Part shown: one piece after another, positions 49,319 to 59,131 of the stretch | Layout of the letters: each line of letters begins with the position of its first letter | How positions within the stretch are numbered: the stretch's first letter is position 1 | NCBI GenBank assembly: GCA_965203485.1 | Contig: OZ241892.1 | Location: 1,184,001 to 1,248,000, forward strand | Direction of reading: 5' to 3' | From: Longimicrobiales bacterium | Lineage (GTDB): Bacteria; Gemmatimonadota; Gemmatimonadetes; Longimicrobiales; Gaopeijiaceae | Length of the DNA stretch: 64,000 nucleotides | Notes under the pieces: model-generated | Databases searched by the model: none | The model's input: only the letters and a program-made list of their open reading frames with translations | Told to the model about the DNA's origin: nothing | Position numbers and translations under genes: made by a program

Positions 49319-49987
49319 ATGGTTAACTTTGCAACGCAAAGTCATTCGGCGCCGGAGGCGAGCAGATGGAACGACGAGACGACGGAGGCCGCATCGGACG
49401 GGGCGGACGCCCTGCCCCCCGGCTTCTTCGAAGGAGACTGCGCGGAGATCGCCCGCAACCTGCTGGGCGCGATCCTGGCGTCCACCGTGGACGGCCGGGC
49501 CGCCAGCGGCGTGGTCGTGGAGACGGAGGCGTACGTGGGGCCGCACGACCCGGCCAGCCACGCCCGCGCCTCCACGGGCCGGACCGCCCGCAACGAGTCC
49601 ATGTTCGGAGACGGCGGCACCCTTTACGTCTACCTGTCGCACGGGTTGCACCATTGCGCGAACGTCGTGACTGGTCGGCGCGGATACCCGTCGGCCGTGC
49701 TGGTCCGGGCGCTCGCGCCCGTGGACGGGCTCGGGGTCATGGCGGCGCGGCGCGGGCGGAAGACCGATCTCTGCAACGGGCCGGGCCGCCTCTGCCAAGC
49801 GCTGGGCATCACGCTCAGCCACGACGGCCGCTCGCTTTCCCGGCCGCCCGTGCGGTTGCTCGCGGGTCGGCCGTTGCGCAACGCGGACGTCGGCGTCTCC
49901 GGCCGCATCGGCGTCTCCAGGGCGGCGGACTGGCCGCTTCGATTCTTCGTCAGGGGGCACCCCTGCGTGAGGGCGCCCAGGGAGTAG
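49319..49987 (+). CDS. mpg: DNA-3-methyladenine glycosylase (AAG/MPG family)
   Basis: VETEAY.G..DPASH, YVY.SHG.H, AVLVRAL, NGPG.LCQAL, RIGV. Start uncertain. Confidence 0.92.
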   Translation: MVNFATQSHSAPEASRWNDETTEAASDGADALPPGFFEGDCAEIARNLLGAILASTVDGRAASGVVVETEAYVGPHDPASHARASTGRTARNESMFGDGGTLYVYLSHGLHHCANVVTGRRGYPSAVLVRALAPVDGLGVMAARRGRKTDLCNGPGRLCQALGITLSHDGRSLSRPPVRLLAGRPLRNADVGVSGRIGVSRAADWPLRFFVRGHPCVRAPRE

Positions 49988-49991
49988 CGAC

Positions 49992-51824
49992 ATGAGGCTT
50001 GAAGCAGTGGGCAGAGCGGCCGCGGCGGGACGCGATGCCGCAGCGAGGTTCCCCGAAGTGATGGTCTGCGCCGTGGCGGCCGCGGCCGGCGGCGTCTTCG
50101 GCGTCGACGGAGGCGACCAGAAGTGGTTGCAGCTCCTCTCCTCGTCCAGCTTGGGGCTCCCGCTCTTCACGGGGCTGGTTCTGGCCGTGGAGCGGTACGG
50201 CTGGTCCGTCCGGACGCGGGCGCTCGCGGACACGGCCGCGGCGGCGCTGCTCGCGACGCTGTTCTTCTACTTCGGACGACTGGAAGAGAACGGCTGGGCG
50301 CTGCGGTACGTGCACCTCTCGGCCACGTTCCACATGGCCGTGGCGATCGTGCCCTACCTGGGCGCGCGCGAGCCGTGGGGCTTCTGGCAGTACAACCGGT
50401 CGCTGTTCTTCCGCTTCGTGACGGCGGTGGTCTTTTCCGGCGCGCTCTTCGCCGGGTTGGCCTTGGCCCTTGCGGCCGTCGACAACCTGCTGGGCCTGGC
50501 AGTGCCGGAGATCGCCTACGCCAGGCTGTTCTTCGTCGTCGCTCTCGTGCTCCACCCCCTGATCTTCCTGGCGGGCGTCCCTTCGGACTTCGCTCGCCTG
50601 GACGCAGCCCGCGACTATCCGGCGGGACTGCGCGTGTTCTCGCAGCATGTCCTGTTGCCGCTCGTGGCCTTGTACGTTGCGATACTGTTGGCGTACATGG
50701 GCAAGATCCTGGTCACCGGCGTCTGGCCCAGCGGTTGGATCAGCTACTTGGTGTCGGCCTTGGCGGTGGTGGGAATCTTCTCGCTCCTCATGGTGCATCC
50801 GGAGCGGATGCGCGCGGAGCGCAGCTGGATCGACCACTATGCGCTGGCCTTCTGGATCGCGATCCTGCCTTCGGCGGGGATGGTGGGGATGGCGCTGTGG
50901 TTGCGCGTCGAGCAGTACGGCATCACGGAGAGGCGCTACGCGCTGGGCTTGCTGGCGGCTTGGCTGGCAGGAGCGGCCGTGCACCGCGTGGCGACGCGCA
51001 CCCGCGACGTCAAGTCCATTCCGCTCGTGCTGACGATTCTGGGCGCGGCGTCCTTCATGGGGCCGTGGTCCGTGTACGCCGTGGCGGAACGCAGCCAAGT
51101 CGGGCGTCTCGAACGGATCTTGAGCGAGCACGGCGTCTTGGACGAATCGACGCTGTCCTCGTCGACCGTCGAGATCCCCTTCGAGGAATGGCGGCAGGTG
51201 GAGGAAGGTGTGGCGTATCTGTTCGACTACCACGGAACGGAGATAATCGACGCGTGGTCCGGCGGCGTCCGGCAGGCGGTCGGCATCGTGCCCGCCGAAG
51301 ACGACAGCACGCGACGCGCGCGGATTGCCCGGACGGTTGCGCGGCTGGGCGTTCGGCCCGCCCCGAGCGGACGGCCAGTCGAGTTCAGGCCCCAGAGCCC
51401 CGCCGCCGCCGTGCCTGCGGACGGCTATGAATTCTTGGCGGCCCACTGGCAAGCGGGCGAGGCGTTCGTCGCCCGCGCCGGCGCCCCGGAAGCGGCCGAG
51501 TCCCTCCGCTTCCGCTTGGCGGACGACGGTCGCGCGATTGTCATGACGGTGGGGGACGACGAATCGAGCGCCTCGTTGAGCCACCTGCTCGAACTGGCGG
51601 CGGCTCCACCCGGAGCGGGCAGCGGGGACAGCGGCGCCGAAGCGGAGAGGATCGATTTGCCGGCCCAGGCCATGACGTTGGACGTGGCGGGTCCGGTGTT
51701 CGACGCCCGGATCGTGTTGGAACGGTTGCGCGTCGAGCAGGGCGAGGCGGGGCGGTCGGCCACCGAGTTCGCCGTCGAGGCGGTCTTGTTGCGCCGGCCG
51801 CCCGGCGGGCCTTCCGAGCCGTAG
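49992..51824 (+). CDS. DUF4153-like multi-pass membrane protein
   Basis: About 10 TM helices; RFPE near the N-terminus, RVEQYGITERRY, GPWS....RSQ..RL. Confidence 0.75.
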   Translation: MRLEAVGRAAAAGRDAAARFPEVMVCAVAAAAGGVFGVDGGDQKWLQLLSSSSLGLPLFTGLVLAVERYGWSVRTRALADTAAAALLATLFFYFGRLEENGWALRYVHLSATFHMAVAIVPYLGAREPWGFWQYNRSLFFRFVTAVVFSGALFAGLALALAAVDNLLGLAVPEIAYARLFFVVALVLHPLIFLAGVPSDFARLDAARDYPAGLRVFSQHVLLPLVALYVAILLAYMGKILVTGVWPSGWISYLVSALAVVGIFSLLMVHPERMRAERSWIDHYALAFWIAILPSAGMVGMALWLRVEQYGITERRYALGLLAAWLAGAAVHRVATRTRDVKSIPLVLTILGAASFMGPWSVYAVAERSQVGRLERILSEHGVLDESTLSSSTVEIPFEEWRQVEEGVAYLFDYHGTEIIDAWSGGVRQAVGIVPAEDDSTRRARIARTVARLGVRPAPSGRPVEFRPQSPAAAVPADGYEFLAAHWQAGEAFVARAGAPEAAESLRFRLADDGRAIVMTVGDDESSASLSHLLELAAAPPGAGSGDSGAEAERIDLPAQAMTLDVAGPVFDARIVLERLRVEQGEAGRSATEFAVEAVLLRRPPGGPSEP

Positions 51825-52006
51825 GCCGCAGGGCGGCGGATTCGGCCGCGCGGTCCCCGGCGGCGGTGCGTCCCGGGGGCTGGCCGGTCCGGATCCGCCG
51901 CCTCGATGCGCCGGGCGGGGCAGGCTCGGCGGGGCGCCCGGGGCCGGCCTCGCCGAGCGGGGCCCCCGCGCGCTGCTGGAGCCGGGCGTTGGGTTAGCTT
52001 GTCGGC

Positions 52007-53425
52007 ATGAGCGCTCCCGGCTGGATGTCCGTGTTGCCCCCGTTGCTGGCGATCGGGCTCGCCATCGCCTCAAGGCAGGTCTACCTGTCGTTGGCCGGGG
52101 GGATCTGGCTCGGATGGTCGATTCTCCACGACTGGAACTTCGCTTCGGGGCTGGCGGAGACGGTGGAGGCGACCGTTCGCGTGCTGGCCTCGCCCGGCGA
52201 CGCCAAGGTCATCATGTTCACGCTGGTCATGGGCGCGCTGATCGCGACCCTGGGATCGTCGGGAGGCGTTGCGGGCTTCGTCGCCTGGCTGGAGCGCAAC
52301 CGCTGGGTCACCAACGGACGCCGGGCGCAGCTTCTGGCGTGGGTCGCCGGCGTCGTGATCTTCATCGAATCCAACATCACCGTGCTGGTGGCGGGCTCCG
52401 TCGCCCGCCCGCTCTTCGACCGCTTCCGCGTCTCGCGCGAGAAGCTGGCCTACCTGATCGATTCGACCAGCGCGCCGATCTGCATCCTCGTCCCGCTCAA
52501 CGCGTGGGGCGCCTACAACCTGCGCTTGCTGGCCGGAGAGGGGATCGGCGACTCGGCCGCCTGGATGCTGCTGCTCAAGTCCATCCTGTTCAACTTCTAC
52601 TCCTTCGCGGCGGTGGTCCTTGCCCTGGCCGTCGCCCTGTTTCGGCTGAACTGGGGCCCGATGAAGCGCGCCGAAGCGCGCGCCTCGCGAGGCGAGGTGC
52701 TGCGCCCCGGGGCGACGCCGATGATGGACGAGGAGGTCCTGGGCGGCTCCGGCGATCCCGCCGTTCGGCCCAGGGCCGCCAACATGATCGTGCCCATCGC
52801 CGTGCTGGTGGCGCTCATGCCGGCCGGACTGTGGGCGACCGGCGACGGCGATCTGCGGGCGGGCGACGGCTCCACGGCGGTGCTGTGGGCGTCGCTGGGC
52901 GCGCTGGCGTCGGCGTGGCTGCTGCTGCTCGCGCAACGGGCGAGCACGGTGGACAAGCTGGTGCGAACGGCCCTGAAGGGAGCGGGCGGTTTGGTGCCGC
53001 TGGCGCTCATCCTGGTGCTGGCCCTCGCGCTCAAGGAAGTTGCGAACGAACTGGGAACGGGGGCCTACGTCGCGGGGGTGGCCGAGGGCGCTCTTCCGCC
53101 GGCGGTGTTCCTGCCGCTGGTGTTCGCGGTGTCGTCGGCCGTGGCGTTCTCGATCGGGTCGAGCTGGGGCACTTTTGCGATCATGATCCCGATTGCGGTC
53201 CCGGCGGCCGGCATGATGGACCTCCCGCCGGCGCCGTTCCTCGCCGCGGCGCTGTCCGGCGGCATCTTCGGCGACCACTGCTCGCCCGTGAGCGACACGA
53301 CGATCGTATCTTCCATGGCGTCGGCCACCGATCACGTGGACCATGTGCGGACGCAGCTGCCCTACGCGTTGGCGGGGGGCGCGGCGGCGACCGCGTGCTT
53401 CGCCTTGACCGGGGCGCTCCTCTAG
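52007..53425 (+). CDS. Na+/H+ antiporter NhaC family transporter
   Basis: SREKLAYLIDSTSAP, GSSWGTFAI, FGDHCSPVSDTTIVSS, HV.TQLPYA. Confidence 0.9.
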   Translation: MSAPGWMSVLPPLLAIGLAIASRQVYLSLAGGIWLGWSILHDWNFASGLAETVEATVRVLASPGDAKVIMFTLVMGALIATLGSSGGVAGFVAWLERNRWVTNGRRAQLLAWVAGVVIFIESNITVLVAGSVARPLFDRFRVSREKLAYLIDSTSAPICILVPLNAWGAYNLRLLAGEGIGDSAAWMLLLKSILFNFYSFAAVVLALAVALFRLNWGPMKRAEARASRGEVLRPGATPMMDEEVLGGSGDPAVRPRAANMIVPIAVLVALMPAGLWATGDGDLRAGDGSTAVLWASLGALASAWLLLLAQRASTVDKLVRTALKGAGGLVPLALILVLALALKEVANELGTGAYVAGVAEGALPPAVFLPLVFAVSSAVAFSIGSSWGTFAIMIPIAVPAAGMMDLPPAPFLAAALSGGIFGDHCSPVSDTTIVSSMASATDHVDHVRTQLPYALAGGAAATACFALTGALL

Positions 53426-53455
53426 GGCTGGCCGGGCCGGAACGAAGACCGCCGA

Positions 53456-54205
53456 ATGAAGATCGCCGTCTGCGTCAAGCGCGTGCCCGACACGGGGGCG
53501 CGAATTCGCGTCGCCGGCACGGGCGACTCGATCGAGATCGACGGCGTCAAGCACGTCATGAGCCCGTACGACGAGTTTGCCGTGGAAGCGGCGCTCCAGC
53601 TTGCGGAGGAGGCGGGCGGGGGCGAGGTCTCACTGCTGGCGTACGGACCTCCGGCGGCGCAGGAAGTCCTGCGGGCGGGGCTGGCCTTGGGCGCCCATCG
53701 GGGAGCGCTGCTGACGGGCGAGCCCAGCATGGACGGCTGGGCCACCGCGCAGGTGCTGGCGGCGGAGCTGGGCGGCTGGGACGCGAGCCTCGTCCTGTTC
53801 GGCGTCAAGGCGGTCGACAGCGATCAGCAGCAAGTCGGTCCGATGGTGGCGGAACTGCTCGGCCGGCCTTGCGCCACTGCCGTGACCTCGATGGAAGCGG
53901 CGGACGGGGTGGCGACGTGCCGCAGGGTGGTCGAAGGGGGCCAGCAAGTGGTGGAGATGAGCCTGCCGGCGGTCGCCACCGTCACGAAGGGCAAGTACGA
54001 GCCCCGCTACGCGTCGTTGCGCGGGATCATGGCCGCCAAGCGGAAGCCCTTGGAGCAGAAGGCGGCCGCGAACGCCGAGAGCGGAACCGAGATCGAGTCG
54101 CTCGCCTACCCGCCGAACCGGCCTCCAGGACGAATTCTGGGCGAGGGCCCCGCCGCCGCCGCCGAGCTGGTGCGGCTCTTGCGCCACGAAGACAAAGTGA
54201 TCTAG
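53456..54205 (+). CDS. etfB: Electron transfer flavoprotein beta subunit
   Basis: MKIAVCVKRVPDT, PYDEFAVE.A, EPRYASLRGIMAAK.K. Confidence 0.95.
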   Translation: MKIAVCVKRVPDTGARIRVAGTGDSIEIDGVKHVMSPYDEFAVEAALQLAEEAGGGEVSLLAYGPPAAQEVLRAGLALGAHRGALLTGEPSMDGWATAQVLAAELGGWDASLVLFGVKAVDSDQQQVGPMVAELLGRPCATAVTSMEAADGVATCRRVVEGGQQVVEMSLPAVATVTKGKYEPRYASLRGIMAAKRKPLEQKAAANAESGTEIESLAYPPNRPPGRILGEGPAAAAELVRLLRHEDKVI

Positions 54206-54207
54206 GC

Positions 54208-55221
54208 ATGAACGCGAACCCGGGGGGCGGAGGAGAGCGGGGAGGCGCGATGGCCGTCGTGGAAGTGACCCCGGACGGCGTGCGGGGCACGTCGCGGGAG
54301 GTCGTGTCGGTCGCCCGGGCCTTGGCGGACACGTGGGCGGCGCCGGTGGCGGCGATTGCAGTGGGAGAACCCGGCGGCGCCGAGACGGCCGCGGAACTCG
54401 GCGAATGGGGCGCCGACCGGATCGTTGGAGTCGAGCGCGAGGGGTTCGGATCGGCGGGACCGGGCGCGCACGCGTCCGCAGTGGCGGGCGTGGCGCTGGA
54501 TGACGGCTTTGCGGCGGTGTTGTTCTCCGCCACGCCCACGGGGAGGGACTTGGCGCCGCGAGTGGCGGCCAAGCTGGCGTGTCCGCTTCTCACGGACGTC
54601 ACGGGGCTGGAAGTGGACGGAGAAGACGTGTACGCCACCCGCCCCGTCTACGCCGGAAAGGCTCTGGCGCGCGTGCGTTGCCGCGGCCCCCACCTGCTCG
54701 CGTCGCTGCGGCCGAACGCGTCTTCGCCGGTCGCTTGCCCCAGGCAACCCGTGGTCGAAGTTCGGCCGCCGGGCCCGGACGCGGTGGAGACGGGCTACCG
54801 CGTGATCGGATTCGAGGCCTCTGGCGGAGCCGCCGTCGACGTCTCCGAGGCGTCCGTCGTCGTGTCGGGCGGACGCGGGATGAAGGGGCCGGAGAACTGG
54901 GGCGTGCTGGAAGACCTGCGCGACGCCCTGGGCGAGGGCGCCGCGCTGGGCGCGTCGCGTGCCGTGGTGGACGCGGGCTGGCGTCCTCACGCCGAGCAGG
55001 TGGGGCAGACCGGCAAGACGGTGACGCCCGACCTGTACTTCGCCGTCGGCATCTCCGGGGCAGTCCAGCACTTGGCCGGGATGCGCACCGCGAAGCTGAT
55101 CGTCGCGGTGAACGCGGATCCCGACGCCCCCATCTTCAGCGTCGCCGACTACGGCATCGTCGGCGACCTGTTCGAGGTCGTTCCCGCGATTGCGGAAGCC
55201 GTCCGCAGACTCAAGGAGTAG
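54208..55221 (+). CDS. etfA: Electron transfer flavoprotein alpha subunit
   Basis: [36 protein letters not shown]. Confidence 0.95.
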   Translation: MNANPGGGGERGGAMAVVEVTPDGVRGTSREVVSVARALADTWAAPVAAIAVGEPGGAETAAELGEWGADRIVGVEREGFGSAGPGAHASAVAGVALDDGFAAVLFSATPTGRDLAPRVAAKLACPLLTDVTGLEVDGEDVYATRPVYAGKALARVRCRGPHLLASLRPNASSPVACPRQPVVEVRPPGPDAVETGYRVIGFEASGGAAVDVSEASVVVSGGRGMKGPENWGVLEDLRDALGEGAALGASRAVVDAGWRPHAEQVGQTGKTVTPDLYFAVGISGAVQHLAGMRTAKLIVAVNADPDAPIFSVADYGIVGDLFEVVPAIAEAVRRLKE

Positions 55222-55274
55222 CCGGGCCGGGCGCGAGCAGGCGGGGCCGTGCACCGCTGGAAGCCGGCAGGGCC

Positions 55275-55814
55275 TCAGTTGCGGGGCGGCGGGCCCATCA
55301 GCGCCACCGGGTCGACCTCGCGGCCCCATCTCCACACTTCGAAGTGCAGGTGCGGGCCGGTAGCCGCCCCGGACTGTCCGCTCAGGCCGATGACAGTATT
55401 CTGGTCGACCTCCTGACCGGCGGCCACCGACACGTCGGACAGGTGGGCGTAGACGGAGAGCAGGTCGTCGTTGTGATCCACCCAGATGACTTGGCCGTAG
55501 CCGCTCATCGGTCCGGCGAAGCGCACGCGGCCGGCGAGCAGCGGCCGCACGGGCGTGCCCACGTCCGCGGCCACGTCGACTCCCCGGTGCATGTCCGGCA
55601 GGGCGCCCTCCATGCGCAAGCCGTAGGGCGACGTGAGACGTCCGCCCAGAGGCCACTGCGGCGTCTGGCAAGAGGCGAGCAAGGCGGCCAATCCCGCTAT
55701 GCAGGCCGACAGCCCGCGCGCAGCCGCGGCACGTCGGTCCCGGCGACGACGAGCGGCTTGCCGACGGCGCGGCCTGCGCACGTCGGCGGCTTGCGCCGCA
55801 TGCCTTTTCGCCAC
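55275..55814 (-). CDS. M23 family metallopeptidase lipoprotein
   Basis: Lipobox LLAS-C; TSPYG.R, HRGVD, YAHL, TGPHLHFEV. Start approximate. Confidence 0.88.
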   Translation of the reverse strand: MAKRHAAQAADVRRPRRRQAARRRRDRRAAAARGLSACIAGLAALLASCQTPQWPLGGRLTSPYGLRMEGALPDMHRGVDVAADVGTPVRPLLAGRVRFAGPMSGYGQVIWVDHNDDLLSVYAHLSDVSVAAGQEVDQNTVIGLSGQSGAATGPHLHFEVWRWGREVDPVALMGPPPRN

Positions 55815-55867
55815 GTCCGCGCTGCGCGGCGCCGGCCCAAGCGCCGTCCGCCCCCGCGCGACGGCGG

Positions 55868-57247
55868 TCACCGCCGCGCTCCGGCGAGCAGCATCACCCG
55901 GGCCCGGCGGCCGCGCTCGATCCCCTCGGTTCCCTCCGGAACCACGGCCAGCGCGTCGGCGTCGAGAAGCGAGCGCACCAAGCCGCTCCCTTGCGGCCCC
56001 GAGAGCCGGCACCGCGGTTCGTCTTCGCGTAGGCCGCGATCGAGCCGCACCCGCAGGAAGTGCGTCGCGCGGCCTCCGCCCGCGAGATCGTCGTCGGTCG
56101 TCGCCAGGGCGAACCGTCCGCCGGGGTCGGCCGATCCGAGGAGCGCGCGCAGGTAAGGGGCGACCAGCACATGGAAGGCGACGAACGCGGAGGCGGGGTT
56201 CCCCGGCAGTCCGAAAACGGGGACAGGCCGCCCGCCCCGCGGCAGCGATCCAAAGGATACGGGGCTGCCGGGACGCATCCGGACGCGCCAGAAGCGAAGA
56301 CGAAGGCCCGCGCGGGCCAACGCCCGCTTGACGAGGTCCCTCTCGCCCATGGAGGCGCCCCCCGTCACGACGAGCGCGTCCAAGTCGCCCAGCCTCTCCA
56401 GCTTGCTCCGGATGTCGTCCACGTCGTCCGCGACGATCCCGAGGTCGACGGCAACGGCGCCCGCCTCCCCGACCCCCGCCGCGAGCATCGCCCGGTTGGT
56501 GTCGGGCGTTGCGCGCCCCGCCGCCACCTCGTCGAAGCGCTCGGTCCCCGCCAGTTCGCTCCCGCTCGACAGCACGCCGACGCGCGGCCGCCGATGCACC
56601 GAGACCGCCGAGGCGCCGCAGGCGAGCAGCACGGCGAGAGAACCCGAGTGCACGACCGAGCCCGCCGGCGCCGCTTCCCGGCCGGCCCGCAAGTCCTGGC
56701 CCGCCCTCCGCACGTGCCGTCCCAGGTCGTCCGCGCGGTGCAGCGCGACGACTCCCTCCTCCTCTTCTCCGTCGGTGTGCTCGACCCGCACGACCGAATC
56801 GAATCCGGTCGGCACGGGCGCTCCCGTCATGATTCGCACCGCCGACCCTTCCGGCACGTTCTCGAGCGGAGCGTCGCCCGGATACGCGCGTCCCGCCACG
56901 GGCAACCGAACGCCGGCGTCCGCGGGCTGTCTCGCGTCGCCCGCCCGCCCGCCGCCGGCGTCCGCGCCCCCGCCAGCCCGGCCGTCGATCACCGGCGCGC
57001 CCGCGCCTGAGCGTCGCCCGGCCGCTCTCGCCGTCACGTCCGCGCTGCGCACGGCGAAGCCGTCCATGGCGCTGTTGTCCCACGCGGGCAGCGTGGCGCG
57101 GGCGCGCACGCCTTCCGCGAGAGAACGGCCCAGCGAATTGTCCAGGGCCACGCGCTCCGCCGGCAACGGAACGGCGTCGGCGAGGATCCGCCGCAACGCT
57201 TCGTCGTAGGACAGCCAGTCGGCCCGAGCGCGCTCGAAGTCGGCCAA
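55868..57247 (-). CDS. moeA: Molybdopterin molybdotransferase
   Basis: SAMDGFAV, RIMTGAPVP, TGGASMG, GLPGNP. Confidence 0.93.
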   Translation of the reverse strand: MADFERARADWLSYDEALRRILADAVPLPAERVALDNSLGRSLAEGVRARATLPAWDNSAMDGFAVRSADVTARAAGRRSGAGAPVIDGRAGGGADAGGGRAGDARQPADAGVRLPVAGRAYPGDAPLENVPEGSAVRIMTGAPVPTGFDSVVRVEHTDGEEEEGVVALHRADDLGRHVRRAGQDLRAGREAAPAGSVVHSGSLAVLLACGASAVSVHRRPRVGVLSSGSELAGTERFDEVAAGRATPDTNRAMLAAGVGEAGAVAVDLGIVADDVDDIRSKLERLGDLDALVVTGGASMGERDLVKRALARAGLRLRFWRVRMRPGSPVSFGSLPRGGRPVPVFGLPGNPASAFVAFHVLVAPYLRALLGSADPGGRFALATTDDDLAGGGRATHFLRVRLDRGLREDEPRCRLSGPQGSGLVRSLLDADALAVVPEGTEGIERGRRARVMLLAGARR

Positions 57248-57265
57248 TGCGCCCTTCGCCCGGGG

Positions 57266-57955
57266 TCAGAAGCGCAGCGACAAGCCTGCGGACACGCCGA
57301 GACCGGCGACCCACTCGCGCGGCTCGACTGCGCCGTCGTACTTGTCCGGCTCGTGGAACCCGGAAGGCGTTCGGAGGCGCCAGAACAAGGCTTCGCCGTC
57401 GATCCGCAACATGAGGCGCTGACCCAGCGCAAGCCGAAGCCCCGTCCCCGCAGACGTCGTGAACGCGGTGCCGAAGCTGTAGCGGTCCTGAGGATCGAGC
57501 GAACCGTCGAGTTCGCCCGCTTCGGACGCGTCGTAGGCCAGACCCGCGGAGGCGAACAGGTAAGGACTCAGGCGGCGCCAAGTCCTGCGGCCGGTCACGC
57601 TGAACCCCATCCTGACGCTCGCCATCAGCATTTGAACGTCGTCGGCGCCGATCGCCCGGTCGCCTTCCGGGCGCCGGGGGTCGATCACCCGGCGAGTGCC
57701 CGGCGCATAGCCGGCCAGTCCCTCGAAGAACAGCGGTCCGCTCGCCTCGATCGAGTACCGCCCGCTCGCCGCCCAGCTCAGTTGCGGCCCGAGGTCCAGC
57801 GAGCCCCGGCCGAAGGAATACGCGACGCCCGCCACGCCGGCCTCCTGTCCGTGCTCGATGCTTCGGTACGACGAGGGCACGACCTGGGCCGCCGCCGGCG
57901 CCACGGCGAACGCCGCGACGGAGGCGGCCGACCGGACGAGGAAAGCGCGAGACAT
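57266..57955 (-). CDS. Hypothetical outer-membrane beta-barrel protein
   Basis: Signal peptide (APAAA-Q), alternating beta strands, and terminal aromatic residue (GLSLRF). Confidence 0.65.
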   Translation of the reverse strand: MSRAFLVRSAASVAAFAVAPAAAQVVPSSYRSIEHGQEAGVAGVAYSFGRGSLDLGPQLSWAASGRYSIEASGPLFFEGLAGYAPGTRRVIDPRRPEGDRAIGADDVQMLMASVRMGFSVTGRRTWRRLSPYLFASAGLAYDASEAGELDGSLDPQDRYSFGTAFTTSAGTGLRLALGQRLMLRIDGEALFWRLRTPSGFHEPDKYDGAVEPREWVAGLGVSAGLSLRF

Positions 57956-58053
57956 GGCCTGCAATCTAATCTCGATTGCGTCTGCGCGTTATCTTTCGGC
58001 CTCCGGCGCACTGCAAGGCGGCCAAAGTCCTACATGGCGAAGGGAGTCCCGGA

Positions 58054-58827
58054 TTGTCGATCCGCTGTTCGACCTGCGGCGAGGCGCTTCGCGTCGGCGA
58101 GGATCGATGTCCAACCTGCGGGTCGGTCGTGAGCAGGCGTCCGCTTCCGTCCCGGCGGTCCGACGCGCGGCAATGCATGCGATGCGGGTTCGTGGGCGAG
58201 CCCGTCTTGTACTTCCGCAAGGGAAGCCATCGGGCGATCCTCGTCGCGGCGAGCCTGTGCACGTACGGCGTCGGCGGATTGGCGTACTACTTGGCCCGGC
58301 GCAAGCACCCGGTTTGTCCCGCGTGCGGAATCGGCTGGGAACATTCCCGTGACGTGGCCGGCAGAGAGGCGCTCGTGCGGACCGAAGGCGCGGACGCTCG
58401 GCCTCCCTTGGGGGGTGCGGCGCGCAGGATCGCGGGAACCGTGCTGGCGGCCCTGGGAACGGCCTTGATCGTCGGAGCCGTGGTCACGCAGGACTTCGAG
58501 GTGATCGTGCCCGGTTCCATGATCGGGCTGGCGGGTTCCGGCTTGCTCTTGTCCGGATGGCGCGCTCTCCAGAGGCGGCGCCAAACCGCATTCAACCGGC
58601 TTGCGCGCAAGGTGCTGATGCTGGCGCACCAAGGCGCCGGGGTCGTGACCGTCACCGAAGTCGCCACGGAGCTCAACTTGTCGATGACCGCCGCCGAGAG
58701 GCTCTTGGAGGCGATGGACGACGGCCTGCGCGTCAAGTCGGAAGTCAGCCAAGAAGGCATCATCTACTACGAGTTTCCGGAGGTCAGGCACGGCGCCAAG
58801 CTTCGCGAGCTGAAGCCGCTCGTCTGA
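58054..58827 (+). CDS. Hypothetical membrane protein: Zn-ribbon, LITAF-like Zn motif, two TM helices, C-terminal winged-helix-like region
   Basis: CSTC..CPTC; CMRC-hydrophobic-HPVCPAC; VTVTEVATELNLS...IYYEF. AGGGAG upstream of a TTG start. Confidence 0.65.
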   Translation: MSIRCSTCGEALRVGEDRCPTCGSVVSRRPLPSRRSDARQCMRCGFVGEPVLYFRKGSHRAILVAASLCTYGVGGLAYYLARRKHPVCPACGIGWEHSRDVAGREALVRTEGADARPPLGGAARRIAGTVLAALGTALIVGAVVTQDFEVIVPGSMIGLAGSGLLLSGWRALQRRRQTAFNRLARKVLMLAHQGAGVVTVTEVATELNLSMTAAERLLEAMDDGLRVKSEVSQEGIIYYEFPEVRHGAKLRELKPLV

Positions 58828-58858
58828 CGCGCGGACTTACCCCGCTGGAGGACGGCTC

Positions 58859-59131
58859 ATGAGAACGTTCACGGACGAAGAGGGCGCTCGCTGGAACGCG
58901 TCGGTCGCGCGCCGGGCGGGCGGCGACTACAAGGGACGGTACTGCTTGGCCATGGAAGTCGCCGGCAACCCCGGCCGCCGGGTCGAACTCTTCGACGTGC
59001 GTTGGAACTCCCGGCGCACAGGCGAACGGACTCTCGCGACCATGTCGGACGTCGAGCTTCGGCGCCGGTTGCGTGCCGCCTTGGGGAGGGCCGCGGGGCC
59101 GCGGCCGCTTCCGGAGGCCGCCGGCGGTTGA
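58859..59131 (+). CDS. Hypothetical protein
   Basis: GGAGG SD upstream, typical codon usage, and stop overlapping the next start. Confidence 0.65.
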   Translation: MRTFTDEEGARWNASVARRAGGDYKGRYCLAMEVAGNPGRRVELFDVRWNSRRTGERTLATMSDVELRRRLRAALGRAAGPRPLPEAAGG

